A DNA stretch of 59,534 nt, counting the filler, from Basidiobolus ranarum (taxonomy: Eukaryota): assembly GCA_040143965.1 (NCBI GenBank). It is 9 parts of 9 records of this genome, joined end to end, with 100 filler letters (N's around TTAATTAATTAA, not from the genome) between each part and the next. Parts side by side here need not be neighbours in the genome. Positions count along the whole stretch, not along the records: positions 19,934 to 26,461 come from JASJQH010001301.1; positions 26,562 to 33,086 come from JASJQH010001302.1; positions 33,187 to 39,710 come from JASJQH010001303.1; 6 more parts are not named here. One strand, written 5' to 3'. How positions within the stretch are numbered: position 1 is the first letter of the stretch; the number at the start of each line of letters is the position of its first letter. Made by a program: the position numbers and the translations under genes. Positions 23,314 through 35,210 of this stretch are shown here, piece after piece. Under the pieces are notes generated by a model. That model was given only the letters and a program-made list of their open reading frames with translations. It was not told the origin of the DNA and ran no database searches.

Positions 23314-26300
23314 TCATTCACAATTGCGCTCATGTGGCTCACTGACAGAAGAAATCAAAAAGAAATCTCTTAACTGACATGAATATCACGACAAAAGCTA
23401 CGTCAAGTCACTTACCGGTAAGGCATTCCTAATCGCTCGAAGATTTCTTTTTATGTACTAGAAGCTATCAGCCTACCTTCTGATAGATTTTTCCTTTTAT
23501 GACCACGTAACACTTGGTCATAAAGTCCATGCATATTTAGCATCATTCCCTAAATGAAGTTGAATGTTAAAGCAGGCTTTTGAAATCTCTCTACCAACAT
23601 CAAACTACCTTCTTGATAGCTAGGAGACGCATGCTTCTGTTAAAAATATCACTTCCGGTGAAGTAAAGTAGAGCAGCTCCGAGTTGATTGTACGGGACTA
23701 TTAGAAGATCTGAAAGATAGTTTGAGACGAGAATTCAGCATCGACGTAAATGTTCAATGAGTGTTATCTACCGATATGTCTGTGCAGACCACCTTCTAAG
23801 CGACATATACCCATATATTTGGATCCAGTCTCATCAGACGGAAGGGCCAAGTCATCAGTCAAGAATTTGCGTTCCGAGAGTAAAGCCACAATCTTTGCAA
23901 GTAATCCTGAGACAAATTACTCCAGGTAAATATATGATTTGCTAGCAATACTGACAACCAAAGACTACCGTGATGTGATTTTCCATCAGAAGGATCACTG
24001 GAAGTAGACACACGAATTAGAAACATTAGAATTCACACGACTTCGATGATGCCTCAGTATTTACCGTGTAATTAAGATATCAATGTCACCACAGGTGGGC
24101 TAAGGTTATTTTAATGCAAGAATAGTTAGAATTTCATGGATAAACAGTCACCTTCAAGGTGCTATATTTAACCTTTAGACGTCGAAACGACCCGGCAACG
24201 TAGCATTGCAGCTTGTTGTCTACTTCAGAGGCTGCTTCCATGACTGCCTGTACGTATCTAGCAACCTCCTCACGAGGCATTCGTTGATTGAGATCCTTTG
24301 AAAGTTAAGTGTTCAGTAATATAACGAAACAAAGGTTTAGGAAGGAAAGTACATAGTAATATTTCAATCCAATCTTTTGATCACGATTCAAAATTGCTTT
24401 GGTTCCCAAGTCTTCTAAAGTTCGAAATCCCTGATTATACCATACTTGGGCTTGGTATGGGCCGGCGCCTACGGATTGCCAATATGTTACTCTCTAAAGT
24501 TATCTTTTCAAAACAGTGCACGTGACTCATAACCATACCATAAACCTTTGTGAACATTTCCATTACTTGAACATCTTCACCAATATGGTCCAACCTTCGC
24601 AGGTGCCCACTCGAGATGATTTCTCCAATCTTTGACGAGAAGAGTCCATTAGTTTGCAGAGAAAAGGATTTCATAATTATGTGGTATATCACCTTATCGG
24701 CGAGTCGTTGCCCAACCCGTGGAATTTGAAGGGCTTCCTCTTTGGAAGTAATAGCCTTGGGATATTTTTTGAGTGCAGCGATGGCCTTTGTATATCCTAA
24801 AGCACGAAACTTGTCATTTACACTTTCGTAGGCATCCTTTAGAACCATCAGTTTATTGATGATAAACTGGTTAGGGCAACCTGTCTTTCCCTTTTCTAGA
24901 GTATTTGGATGCATACAAAGAAATTTTTGCTCCCAATTGTACTGTCAGTTGTGAAACAGTTAAATTCAATTTCGTAACCGGCCAACATGCTTTAGATTTT
25001 CCACTTACTTTTCTTTTTGAAATTGCGCTTTCCTTGTCATCACTTAATACCTGGCTTGTATCGGCTGTCTATTACGAAGCACAAATTAGAGGTGTCAAAG
25101 GAATACTAGAAAGTGTGAAATTCAGTACTTTACCCCTGAAGAAGAAAACTGTGTTGGCAATGTAAAATCTTCACTGTGGCTTTGCAAATAGCTAGAAGGC
25201 TAATATTCATCATATTGAAGAGAAAATATAAAGTTAGTACGAGTAGAGGGGGGCCGCCGACAAATAAGCGAAATAAATTTGAAAATGAGAGACCTGTTGC
25301 TTCAATAGATTATCCTGTTCAAGTAAAAGTATCTTGTTTTCTTTATCTTCTGCGAACTGTCCATTGCTGTTGTCGCTATCATTTGTGATGAGTTAAGGGC
25401 TGTAAGTTATACCAGTGATTGTTGATAAACTAGTCTTACCCATCACTCTCCGACTTATCAGCCTCCTTGTCCGTATCAGACTCTGGCTCATACTTGCGTT
25501 TTTTATATCTCCAACGACGCTTCCACCAGAGAATTTTGGTAGATAGTTTGGGCGTTGGGGTGAGTTCTTCATTGGGAGACATTGTGTCTTCCTGGAATTC
25601 ATCAGGAATGGGATGTGGTATTCCAGAGGATATCTTATGCTTGGTAGCATCAGCCACCCTCCCAAACTTTGAATGAAAAATAAAGAAAAATCTCATTGTT
25701 AATGAAAACGCGGCATAACACGGAGAGTTTACGAGCAACCATTTTCTAGAGAATAAGGAAAACAGTCCCTACCATAACAGATTCCGATATCCAATCTGAG
25801 CGTACAACAATCAGATGCTCCTACATTCAAACAGAGCAATAGAGAGGAGTATGTTAATACACATATCTTGGTGATTACTGCAGAGATTGTTATATCAGAG
25901 TTTACCGGTATTTCGGTAATATTCAGTTCACGCAATATAAAAGCTTCACCCAATTCGCTAACCAAATGCGTAACGTTCATTGAATACGTATCCACCACGA
26001 TAGCACCTCTTTCTTCAAGTCGTTGCTTAAACAGTTTCAATCTAGTTTTGTTGATCTTCGATGGAATAATGAATATTTGGATGCCGGCAAATATTTTCAA
26101 AGTCGAATTTGTGGTACAATCGGCAGCTTTTCGAGGAACTATTTCCGTATCGGAACATCTTGCCAATGGCCTTGAGGCTTGGTCGGATTCTTCTCCACTA
26201 AGGCTGGAATTTGGTATTGGGGCGCTCAGATGTGCGAGAGGTAATTCGGAACCTCCCATTTTCTCAATACTTGCCGAACAACCCTGATCCACTCTAGCTT

Positions 26301-26461
26301 TCTTTCGAGGCACATACGGTTTACTCGACTTTGTAGGCTTGATTTGAATAGCCTTACGTCCAAATGGCAATTTACGAGAGCTGAGGGTATTGTTACAGTA
26401 ATCCTCATCTAAAGTGGAAGTCGGATTGCTTTGGGTCGAATGAGTATTCTCTTTATCATCT
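23314..26461 (-). CDS. POL4: Family X DNA polymerase (Pol lambda/Pol4-like) with N-terminal BRCT domain, multi-exon, 5' end at gap
   Basis: BRCT-like [10 protein letters not shown]...KQRLEERGA; 8-kDa lyase domain [31 protein letters not shown] and TCGDIDIL catalytic motifs; YFTGS; terminal [19 protein letters not shown]. Confidence 0.9.
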
Positions 26462-26561
26462 NNNNNNNNNNNNNNNNNNNNNNNNNNNNNNNNNNNNNNN
26501 NNNNNTTAATTAATTAANNNNNNNNNNNNNNNNNNNNNNNNNNNNNNNNNNNNNNNNNNNN
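26462..26561. other. Artificial contig linker
   Basis: N44-TTAATTAATTAA-N44. Confidence 0.99.
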
Positions 26562-28023
26562 ACTTTCTTCACCTCTGGCATATTTTGGATAACGATCAAT
26601 CAGCTCCTTCATCATATCCAACTGTAGTCCGTGGTTCTTCTCCGGCCTTCAATGAAAATAAAGAAATATTATGATCTGGAATCGGGGCAATATATCCGTA
26701 GAAATCTGAAATGTAACCTGAATTGAGCCACAGATATAATCATTCTCTCTCTTTCGCCAATAGGCAACATCTGAAGTCGTGAGGTGTCGCAAGGAGGATA
26801 GACAACGCGTGTGTTCTGAGGGTTGTGCCATAATTCCAATATATGATTCTTGGTCCACGTAGAGTTAACCTATTTGCCACGAAATTGTGAATTGAATATC
26901 GATTCGTGTGTTCGAAGAAATACTCTTGACAATTAGTTACCATAACTACTTCACAAAAGGATCCTACAAAACTATATAGATAGGCAAATACATGGTAGTA
27001 GCTGTTGATAGATAACCAGGGTTAGAGATATGGTGATTCGCAAGTAAGCTTTACAAAGATTACATGAGCTTTCCACGCGTAAAGATTTTGCTATTACTGA
27101 TTTCTGTGTTGTTGTTGAAGTTACTGATGTTTTGCTTAACTGTATGAAGCATATCCGTACTAGTACACATTGAAGAGTTAGATGCTATAGTTGCAACAAA
27201 TGCGTGCATAAACATATCTAACCTGATAGTAGGATAGTGGACATAAGCACCAACACTAGGTACGCCGAACAACTTGACAAGTGGAAACGTAAAAGCATAG
27301 CCCATGGTATCTTGAAGTTGAAAATGAAATATCGGAATATGCTCAATAGTGTATATAATAATAGTAACTTATAACATACCAATAAACACATCAGGTACCA
27401 ATAGAGTGAGAGCCTCCCAACCTAATATTATAGATCCTAAACTCTGTCCTAACAAAGTAAACCTCTTGTATCTTTAAGCTGTGTTAGCAAATATTCGGTT
27501 CTTATTATTGCTAAAATAATAACATCAAAGTTCTCTATAACCTTTTATCTTCGACTAGGTAACGTTTGGTTAAAAACTTGAAGGCAAGTGTGTCAGGATT
27601 TAGATCGATCTTGAAATTGTCTCGGACTTTATCCAAGATTCCTTGTTTAGTCATCTCACTATCGCCAGAATATACCACGCAGATAGCATTCGGATATTTA
27701 TTCTGAATAGCTCGGATAGCTATCCATAACACGCGCTCTCCACCTCCACCAGCATTACTGTCAATGAGATAAAGGGGTCCATGTTATTCTCAGAATGAAT
27801 TCTACGCGTAAATACAAATAACGTACCAATATGGGTGAAATAGACCAATAATTACTGGTGGTTTATCATCGATTAACGGCTTAACTTCACTGAGTAATTG
27901 ATTTCGATTACGGCGCTTAATTCGGGCAAGGTGATTGCGTAGCACGAAGAAAGTAAATGCCAAGCCAATTAAGCAAGTAGCTACCCAGACGATAGCAAAT
28001 AGTGTGAGAAATGACACACCCAT
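26562..28023 (-). CDS. ALG11: GDP-Man:Man3GlcNAc2-PP-Dol alpha-1,2-mannosyltransferase, multi-exon, 3' truncated by gap
   Basis: N-terminal TM helix; [45 protein letters not shown] motifs. Confidence 0.93.
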
Positions 28024-28306
28024 ACTTTCAATAAAAAGCAAACCTAACCAAGTACAAGAAATTTGTGAATAAAGCTACACTTGGTAGTCAGAAATATACT
28101 AATAACATTTCAGTGAGTAGTGCAGATTTAATCAATTTAACAGATACCGGAATATATGCTGTTTAAAGTTTGACGTATCAGTCTAGATTCATTGGTAATT
28201 GAGCTGAGCATGAACATCAACTCGATATTTCCCTCTCGGTCATAGTCTTGGGACGATTTAACGCTAAATACCCTATCGGTCTCTATGAATAAATACCATT
28301 TTTGAT

Positions 28307-31300
28307 ATGTCAAAACTGGATGTCTTGAACGTTTACTTGCAACCAACTTCTGTAGACTCAGATGCAATTCCTACTACTCTAAACCAGGAGTTCTCTCAGT
28401 TAGAAAATTTCAAATCTATCAAAAGCGTGTTGGAGGAGCGTATTCGCCATCAACGAGAACTAGAGCAAAAAGTAACTTACAATTACGATTTTTTTTTGTA
28501 GTCATTAAGCCCATTTTAGTGGAATCTGAATCTATGATAACTAATATCATCTTCTTTTAGCTTGACCAAGCCAAAAAGGCTAGTAATGTTAGTTTGCTTA
28601 GCTTTAAATCCACTGGTGACGATATATCTACTCAAATACGCTCCTTAAGCGCACAAAAAGTAGACTTGAGCAAAAATCTAGATGATCATTTGAAGTCTGA
28701 TCAGACAGTCATTCAGGAGGTTCAGAGTTTATTAAAAAGACTCAATTCACTCCAAATTAGTCAGGAATATTTTGAGGTTTTACTTAAAGCTAACGAACTT
28801 ATGTATGTACTATATTGTGATTCATATTTTTTTACCTTCTGACCAAATTTTTATTCTAAACAGCACATTAGCTAAGAACGAAGTTGAAAAGTCACCTAAA
28901 CAAGCTTTGGTACCATACAATCAACTAGTTGATTTATCTACAAGTTTAGGGGATTCTACAAAACTATCCAGCAAGCTTACTAGTTATTTGAATGGAACCA
29001 TTGATACATTATGGAGAGATCTACGAAGTAAACTTAGCATGTACATATAGAACTCTCACCATCGGCATCAGGATAATTTTTACTGACCTAGCTGTTTTGT
29101 AGAAAATTCAACGCTAGTCTTGAAGCATTGAATTGGCCTACTCCAATCAAAACCCCATATCCAAGCAACCTGGAAAGCAAGCTCCAAGCATTCCGAAAGA
29201 CTTTCTTGGATCTACTATTGCTACAGCAACCGTATCCTATAATTCGTTACCATACATATTGTACTTGCACTTGACTTTAAATGCTAAATCTTACCACCTT
29301 GACTCGACCTATTTACTAGAAACAATGATTTTCAGAGACAAAAGGAAAATCAGTCATTCACAGAAACACTGATTCCAATGGAGATCTTGGTAAATCCACT
29401 TGTTACAAGATTCAAGTACCATTTCGATGGAAAGAAGCCGACGAGTAGAATTGATAAGGTTCCCTTTGATTACTTTCAATATTTGTTACTATTTGATCCT
29501 GATGTCTGGATTTTCCGTAGCCTGAGTGGTACTTTTCACATGTACTTTCGATTGTCCGTGATTACTCAGATTTCCTCATCACTCAAGTGCAACCTTTACT
29601 ATCAAGTGCCGGACTTGGAATGTATGACGCAAAAGTAGGTGTATTCTGAATTTTAATTTTGATGCCAACCCTTCTCAATGGCTTCTTTTACGACAGAACG
29701 AATTCATTCGAGAGTTATTGCTTGCAGTAGAAGCAAAACTGAAGCGTGACATGAAAAAACTGATAAAAAACCCCCAATACTTGGCACATACCGTAAGAGA
29801 AACATTGGAATTTGATCAAGCAATCAGAGAGCTGCATTTCTACTGTGAACGGGATGGGAGTGATTGGAAAGGTTGTGTAAACGTCTTTACCGAGCAGAAA
29901 AGCACATTCGACGCCTGGCTAAATGCCGAGAAAGCATGTAAGTTTATCGTTCAACAAAACCAAACCATGGCATCCTCAAGTAGTAACCTTTAGTGTCAAA
30001 ATCACCCTTCACTTATTAATAGTTGCGGAAACCAGATTTGAAGAAATCATGGAGGAGGAGGATATTTGGGAACCGCTATATGATGACGACTTGGAGGTCG
30101 AGGAGATAAGACCTACTAAATCCGCTGATAAGCTTATTAATTTGTTGGAAATTATCACCGGTATGTCTATCAACTCCAGTCCCTTTTACTCCATAATATC
30201 CACTTACATGATAAATCTAGAGAGATATAAGCCTCTTATGAACCTAGCACATCGGTTGCGATTCTTAGTCGAAATCCAGTTACATCTATTAGCTATGTAC
30301 CACTTAAAAATCACATATGCCATGGACAACTTTGAAAAGCAAGGCTTTGCTTTCATACGAGCAGATGGCCACGACGAGATTGAGGGGCTCAAAGGAGTCA
30401 GAAAACTGTGCCTTTGGCTAGATTCAGCCGGTTATGTGAGCGAAATGGTGAAAGACTGGGGTGAGCAAGAGGTGAGTGTCCCATCCATCTTGCTGTAACT
30501 TCTAAACTTATACAATATCATTGACCCTTTTCTGAAGTTCTTTCTAGAATTGTGGGAAGGCGTTAACGAAAACACCGAAAGTCATGATACTAATTCAGAT
30601 GATGAAAATGATGAGGATGGTACCATTTTCGAAGAGATTGGTGACACTTACAACACACTTTGTGAACGTATCGAAAATGTTATAGTACGTACCATCAACA
30701 AGGAGTTCACAACAGCGCTGCGCCCGTACCGCAAGAAGTAAGTATTGGTCATGAACTACCTTAGAAACAATTACTAATCTACATGTTGCTACAGGCGTAC
30801 ATGGGCAGTGTTGGATCCTGCACTAATGTACTCAAACTCCGAGAATGTTGAGACCAATTATACTGATACTCTAGAGATTTCTCCAGAGTTATGCTCACCA
30901 TTGTCCAGTTTGTCAATGGAAATCAACTATCTAGGCCAACATTTGCCAAAGCCTCTTTTTGTAAACTTGTTTAAGGAGTTTGCAGCTGAGGTTGATGATT
31001 TCTTGTGGAATAGAATCTTGATGGCATACCAATTTAGTGAGTATGGCTATAAGCAATTTATCACTGACATGAAGATTGGTGTTTGGGGGTCAACTCAAAG
31101 ATGGTTACGTAAACCAGAGAATTACTTTAAGAAGTAGAAACCATTGTATTTCTCTTGGATTCGGAAAGATTACTAATGAAACCTATTTATTTATCTAATT
31201 AGAGTCAAAGATGCCTGTACACTTTTTGCACTTGACGGCCCAGCTATTACTAAGTTATCTGCCGAGCTTTACGACTATTCTGTTGCAAATGAGGAGCTAA

Positions 31301-31392
31301 CACAAACTTTAGAGAAGTTGAACGTATTTAACCTGAGTATCTTTGAAGTTCGAGAACTGCTAGCCAGAAGAATTGACCCTTATGAAATGTAG
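28307..31392 (+). CDS. TIP20: RINT1/TIP20 Dsl1-complex tethering subunit, multi-exon
   Basis: LEALNWP; LVNPLVTRFKYHFDGKKPTSRIDK|PEWYF; LAHTVRETLEFD; WLNAEK; YQFSEYGYKQFITDM; stop TAG at 31390-31392. Confidence 0.9.
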
Positions 31393-31631
31393 TCAGATTA
31401 TATGTCTAACTACTAGGTGCTTATATGACAATGTGTAGCTTAAATAGCCGAAATAGTGGTATACTCGAGAAATTGCGTGTATTCACAAGTGAAATAAAGA
31501 CATTCTTGACTTTTCTAAACTATCATAATCTGATAATAATAACTGTCTAAAACAAAAATGTATGTAATACAGTTCGTTTATTTCTTGACTGGTGAAAAAT
31601 ACTAAATAAACAAAGCATCGCTCCAGATGAA

Positions 31632-33086
31632 TTAAGAGAACCCGAATAATCTTTTCTTAGCATTAAGGATGGATCTACCGATTCCAAGAACACCACCAAT
31701 TCCTCTCTTAGCTCCATTAATAATTGAACCAAAGAATCCGCTTCCACCGCCACCTTTCTGTACACCCTGACCACCCTGTCCACAAGATGCACCTCCCTGA
31801 CCACTTCCCTGATCACAGGATCCTCCGTTATTACCTCCCTGACCACCCGAGCCTTGGTAGTAGCCCATGCCACCACCCTGTCCACCTTGACCTCCATATC
31901 CTCCTTGGTAATAACCCCAACCATTCCCTTGTCCACCAGATCCCTTGTAATAACCCATACCATTGCCTTGTCCACCAGATCCTTTGTAATAACCCATACC
32001 ATTCCCTTGTCCACCAGATCCTGTGTAATAGCCCTGACCACCAGATCCTGTGTAATAGCCCTGACCACCGGATCCTTTGTAATAGCCCTGACCACCAGAG
32101 CCTTTATAGTAACCCATACCACCGCCCTGGCCACCGGAGCCTTGATAGTACTGGCCACTCGAACCTCCGTAATTTGTTTTCTTAGCCTTATACTTGATCT
32201 TCTTACGTCCAGGATTTACGTACTTCACTTGACCTTTTCCAGTTTTGTAATTTGTCTTGACCTTTTTCTTGATCTTGTTATATCCAGGATTCACAGGCTT
32301 CACTTTATTGTTTCCAGTTTTGTAGTTCGTCTTTACCTTTTTCTTGATCTTCTTATATCCAGGATTCACAGGCTTCACTGGTTTCACTTTATTGTTTCCG
32401 GTTTTGTAACCCGACTTTACCTTTTTCTTGATCTTCTTAATCTTCTTGACTTTCTTGGTCATTTTTTTGTTATTACCACTACCATAGTTAGTCTTGGTCT
32501 TATCCGAGTTAGACCCGTAGCCTGAAGTTGTCTTGCCTGAGTTAGACCCATAACCTGAAGGTGTCTTGCCCGAGTTGGATCCATATCCAGAACTTGAAGT
32601 ATTTTTTGAATCTTCATCATCATCCTTACCTCCAGCTAAGTTAGACAAGTAATCAAAAATTCCCGACGTGTCTACTTTAGAGCCTCCAGTATTTTTGTTA
32701 TCATTTGATATGATGATCTTTGGTTTTTTGGGACCAGAATCTTTGCCGCCTGATCCGTAAGAGGATGGTTTAGAACCGGAATTAGAACCCGTTCCGTAAG
32801 AGCCAGTCTTGGTGCTAGAACTAGAACCTGATCCATACCCAGATGTGGATGAGGAACTCGAGCCATACCCTGAAGTCGTCTTCGGCTTGGTGGTAGAATC
32901 GGTACCATATCCTGATTGAGTGCTAGAATCAGAACCATAACCCGATTTGGACTCGGAGCCATTACCAGATTTGGAGTTTGATCCAGATCCGTAACTCGAT
33001 GTGGATGAGCTGGAACCATAACCCGATTGGGATTCGGAGCCGTACCCTGAATTGGACTTGGAACCATATCCAGATTTGGAATCAGA
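31632..33086 (-). CDS. Repetitive Gly/Ser/Tyr/Lys-rich block-repeat protein (at least about 485 aa, 5' end lost in gap)
   Basis: The frame of track ORF 31632-32648 stays open upstream to the gap. It reads as SGYGS repeats, then KKIKKKVK(T/S)NYKTG..VKPVNPGY repeats, then GYY(K/T/Q)GSGGQG repeats, then an amphipathic C-terminus. Confidence 0.8.
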   Translation of the reverse strand, partial: SDSKSGYGSKSNSGYGSESQSGYGSSSSTSSYGSGSNSKSGNGSESKSGYGSDSSTQSGYGTDSTTKPKTTSGYGSSSSSTSGYGSGSSSSTKTGSYGTGSNSGSKPSSYGSGGKDSGPKKPKIIISNDNKNTGGSKVDTSGIFDYLSNLAGGKDDDEDSKNTSSSGYGSNSGKTPSGYGSNSGKTTSGYGSNSDKTKTNYGSGNNKKMTKKVKKIKKIKKKVKSGYKTGNNKVKPVKPVNPGYKKIKKKVKTNYKTGNNKVKPVNPGYNKIKKKVKTNYKTGKGQVKYVNPGRKKIKYKAKKTNYGGSSGQYYQGSGGQGGGMGYYKGSGGQGYYKGSGGQGYYTGSGGQGYYTGSGGQGNGMGYYKGSGGQGNGMGYYKGSGGQGNGWGYYQGGYGGQGGQGGGMGYYQGSGGQGGNNGGSCDQGSGQGGASCGQGGQGVQKGGGGSGFFGSIINGAKRGIGGVLGIGRSILNAKKRLFGFS

Positions 33087-33186
33087 NNNNNNNNNNNNNN
33101 NNNNNNNNNNNNNNNNNNNNNNNNNNNNNNTTAATTAATTAANNNNNNNNNNNNNNNNNNNNNNNNNNNNNNNNNNNNNNNNNNNN
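33087..33186. other. Artificial contig linker
   Basis: N44-TTAATTAATTAA-N44. Confidence 0.99.
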
Positions 33187-34820
33187 TAATGAAGTAATGT
33201 TCAATATCCATATGTTTGCTTCTATTATAAAACATGGGATTTTTAGCTAATTTGATACAACTTGGATTATCATGAAATATTGTAGTTGGCAAATTTTGGA
33301 AATAACCCAAATCTGTTAAGAGTTTTCTTAACCATATTGCTTCTTTTGTTGCGTCACAGGCAGCCATGTATTCAGCTTCTGTTGTTGAAAGTGCTACAAT
33401 AGGTTGCTTCTTTGAATTCCAAGAAATAGTTCCATTACAGCAAAGAAATAAGTACCCTGTTGCAGACCTCCTATCTTCAATATCTCTTCCCCAATCTGCA
33501 TCTGAATATCCCATCAGATCATAGTTGGATCCAGAATATATGTATCTTAAGCACATATCTCCAGTGCCTTTCAAATATCTGAAAATCCACTTAACTGCTA
33601 TGATTTGATCAGAAACATAATTTTGAAGATATTGGCTTATAATTTTCAATGAATATGCAATATCTGGCCATGTTCCAACCATGATATACATCAAATTACC
33701 AATCAAACATTGATAAGGAAATTTCTGGCTTTTATTTGAATCCAAAAATGTCTGATTTGAGCCATTTTTGGTCAAGTTAAGATTTGCCTCCATTGGGTCA
33801 GATGCTGGATTATATTCTTCCATAGTAAACTTCTTTAGTATATCTAGGATATACTTAGACTGGCTTAAAGTAATTGTTTAGGTAGTTCTCTCTATCTTAA
33901 ATTGGATTCCACGATAGTACATCAGTTCACCAAGATCAGTCATTTGGAATTTGGCAGATAAGCTGGATTTGGTTTTCTGCAAAGTCTTCAAGTCATTGGT
34001 TGCTATAATAAGGGCATCTACATATAAGGCTGATAGAACTGGGTTTTTCTTATCTGGCCAGAAGTGAATACTATAGTCAGCATTACTCTTTTGGAATTTG
34101 AGTGTTGCAAAATAAGGGTCTATCTTGCTATTCCAAGCTCTTGGAGATTGTTTTAGCCACAGAGTGCTTTCTGGAGACTGCAAACTTTTTTAAGGTTTTA
34201 TGGGCCCCCAAATCTGTCTGACTGGTCCATATAGATCTCCTCAGCAAACTCATCATTCAAAAAAGCAGCTTTCACATCCATCTGATGTGTAATACACTGA
34301 TGTTCAGCTGAAGTTGCTAATATCAATCTAATTGAATTAAACTTTGCTACAGGAGCAAAAGTTTCTGTATAATCTATTCCTGGTGCTTGGGAATAGACTT
34401 TGGCTACTAGTCTAGTCTTGTACCTTTCTATATTGCCATCAGAGTTGTATTTAACTTTAAATATCCATTGGCAGCCAATATATTTTTTATCAACAGTTAA
34501 GTTGGTTAAAATCCTAGTTTGATTATCAATCAGAGCCTGGTACTCATCAGCCATTGCAGCTCTCCAAAATTTCATGTGAGGGCCATTCAGGGCCCGTTTT
34601 ACAGTCTGGGGCTAATGTACTTGAGCTGTGCAGGACTCATTGATATATTAATCAGGGCAATTTCTGATCTGATTTGATCTCCTGGTTTGGTGTAAAGGTA
34701 ATACAACTACTGGCATTATGTTGGGCACTTCAGTTGGCAAAGGTTTGGTTGGAGGGTCCACAGGAATGCTATTTTCTTCATTGTTTTGGTTTGAATCAAT
34801 TTCATCATCTGAGATGATTT
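33187..34820 (-). mobile_element. Degraded Ty1/copia pol fragment (RT-RNase H), same family as 49854-52930
   Basis: ERYKTRLVAK, QMDVKAAFLN, LKQSPRAW, YSDADW, ALSTTEAEY, KHMDI; frameshifts and stops; interrupted at 34821 by another element. Confidence 0.93.
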
Positions 34821-35198
34821 TGTGGAAGTTTATTGTCTTTATCATATTTGTTATCTCTATCTTTATACATCTATCTATTACACATATCAACTAAAAGTTA
34901 GCTTTGAATACTTAGTCAAATATCACTTAACTGCAAATTGGAACATATATTATATATATACGTGAACAATGTGAGAATTAGCAATTTCATATTGGAAATT
35001 TCAAACTTGTCCAAATTGCCCCAAAGATAGCTCATTATACTCCCACAAATGTTCTGAACACAACCCCAGTGGTAGATTTCTGTATTTCCACCAAAATGTG
35101 TAAACACTTTATTTCTGGACAATAAATAATTATCTCACAATGCTATTCACAACTCCACTTTTCTAAAGTTCCTCCAAACAGCCCATATCTTCCCAATA
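34821..35198 (+). repeat. 5' LTR of copia family C
   Basis: TGTGGAAG...CCCAATA, homologous to 36708-37083, immediately followed by the PBS and gag. Confidence 0.88.
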
Positions 35199-35210
35199 GG
35201 CTATGAGCCC
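35199..35210 (+). promoter_or_regulatory. Primer-binding site of the half-tRNAiMet type
   Basis: GGCTATGAGCCC directly after the LTR, close to GGTTATGAGCCC, the complement of the initiator tRNA-Met anticodon arm used by Drosophila copia and yeast Ty5. Confidence 0.75.

Noticed and set aside
31547-32525. Long alternative-frame and antisense ORFs (203, 153 and 223 aa) over the repeat protein
   Set aside because: Shadows of the Gly/Tyr/Lys repeat codons; variation between repeats is synonymous in the Gly-rich frame.
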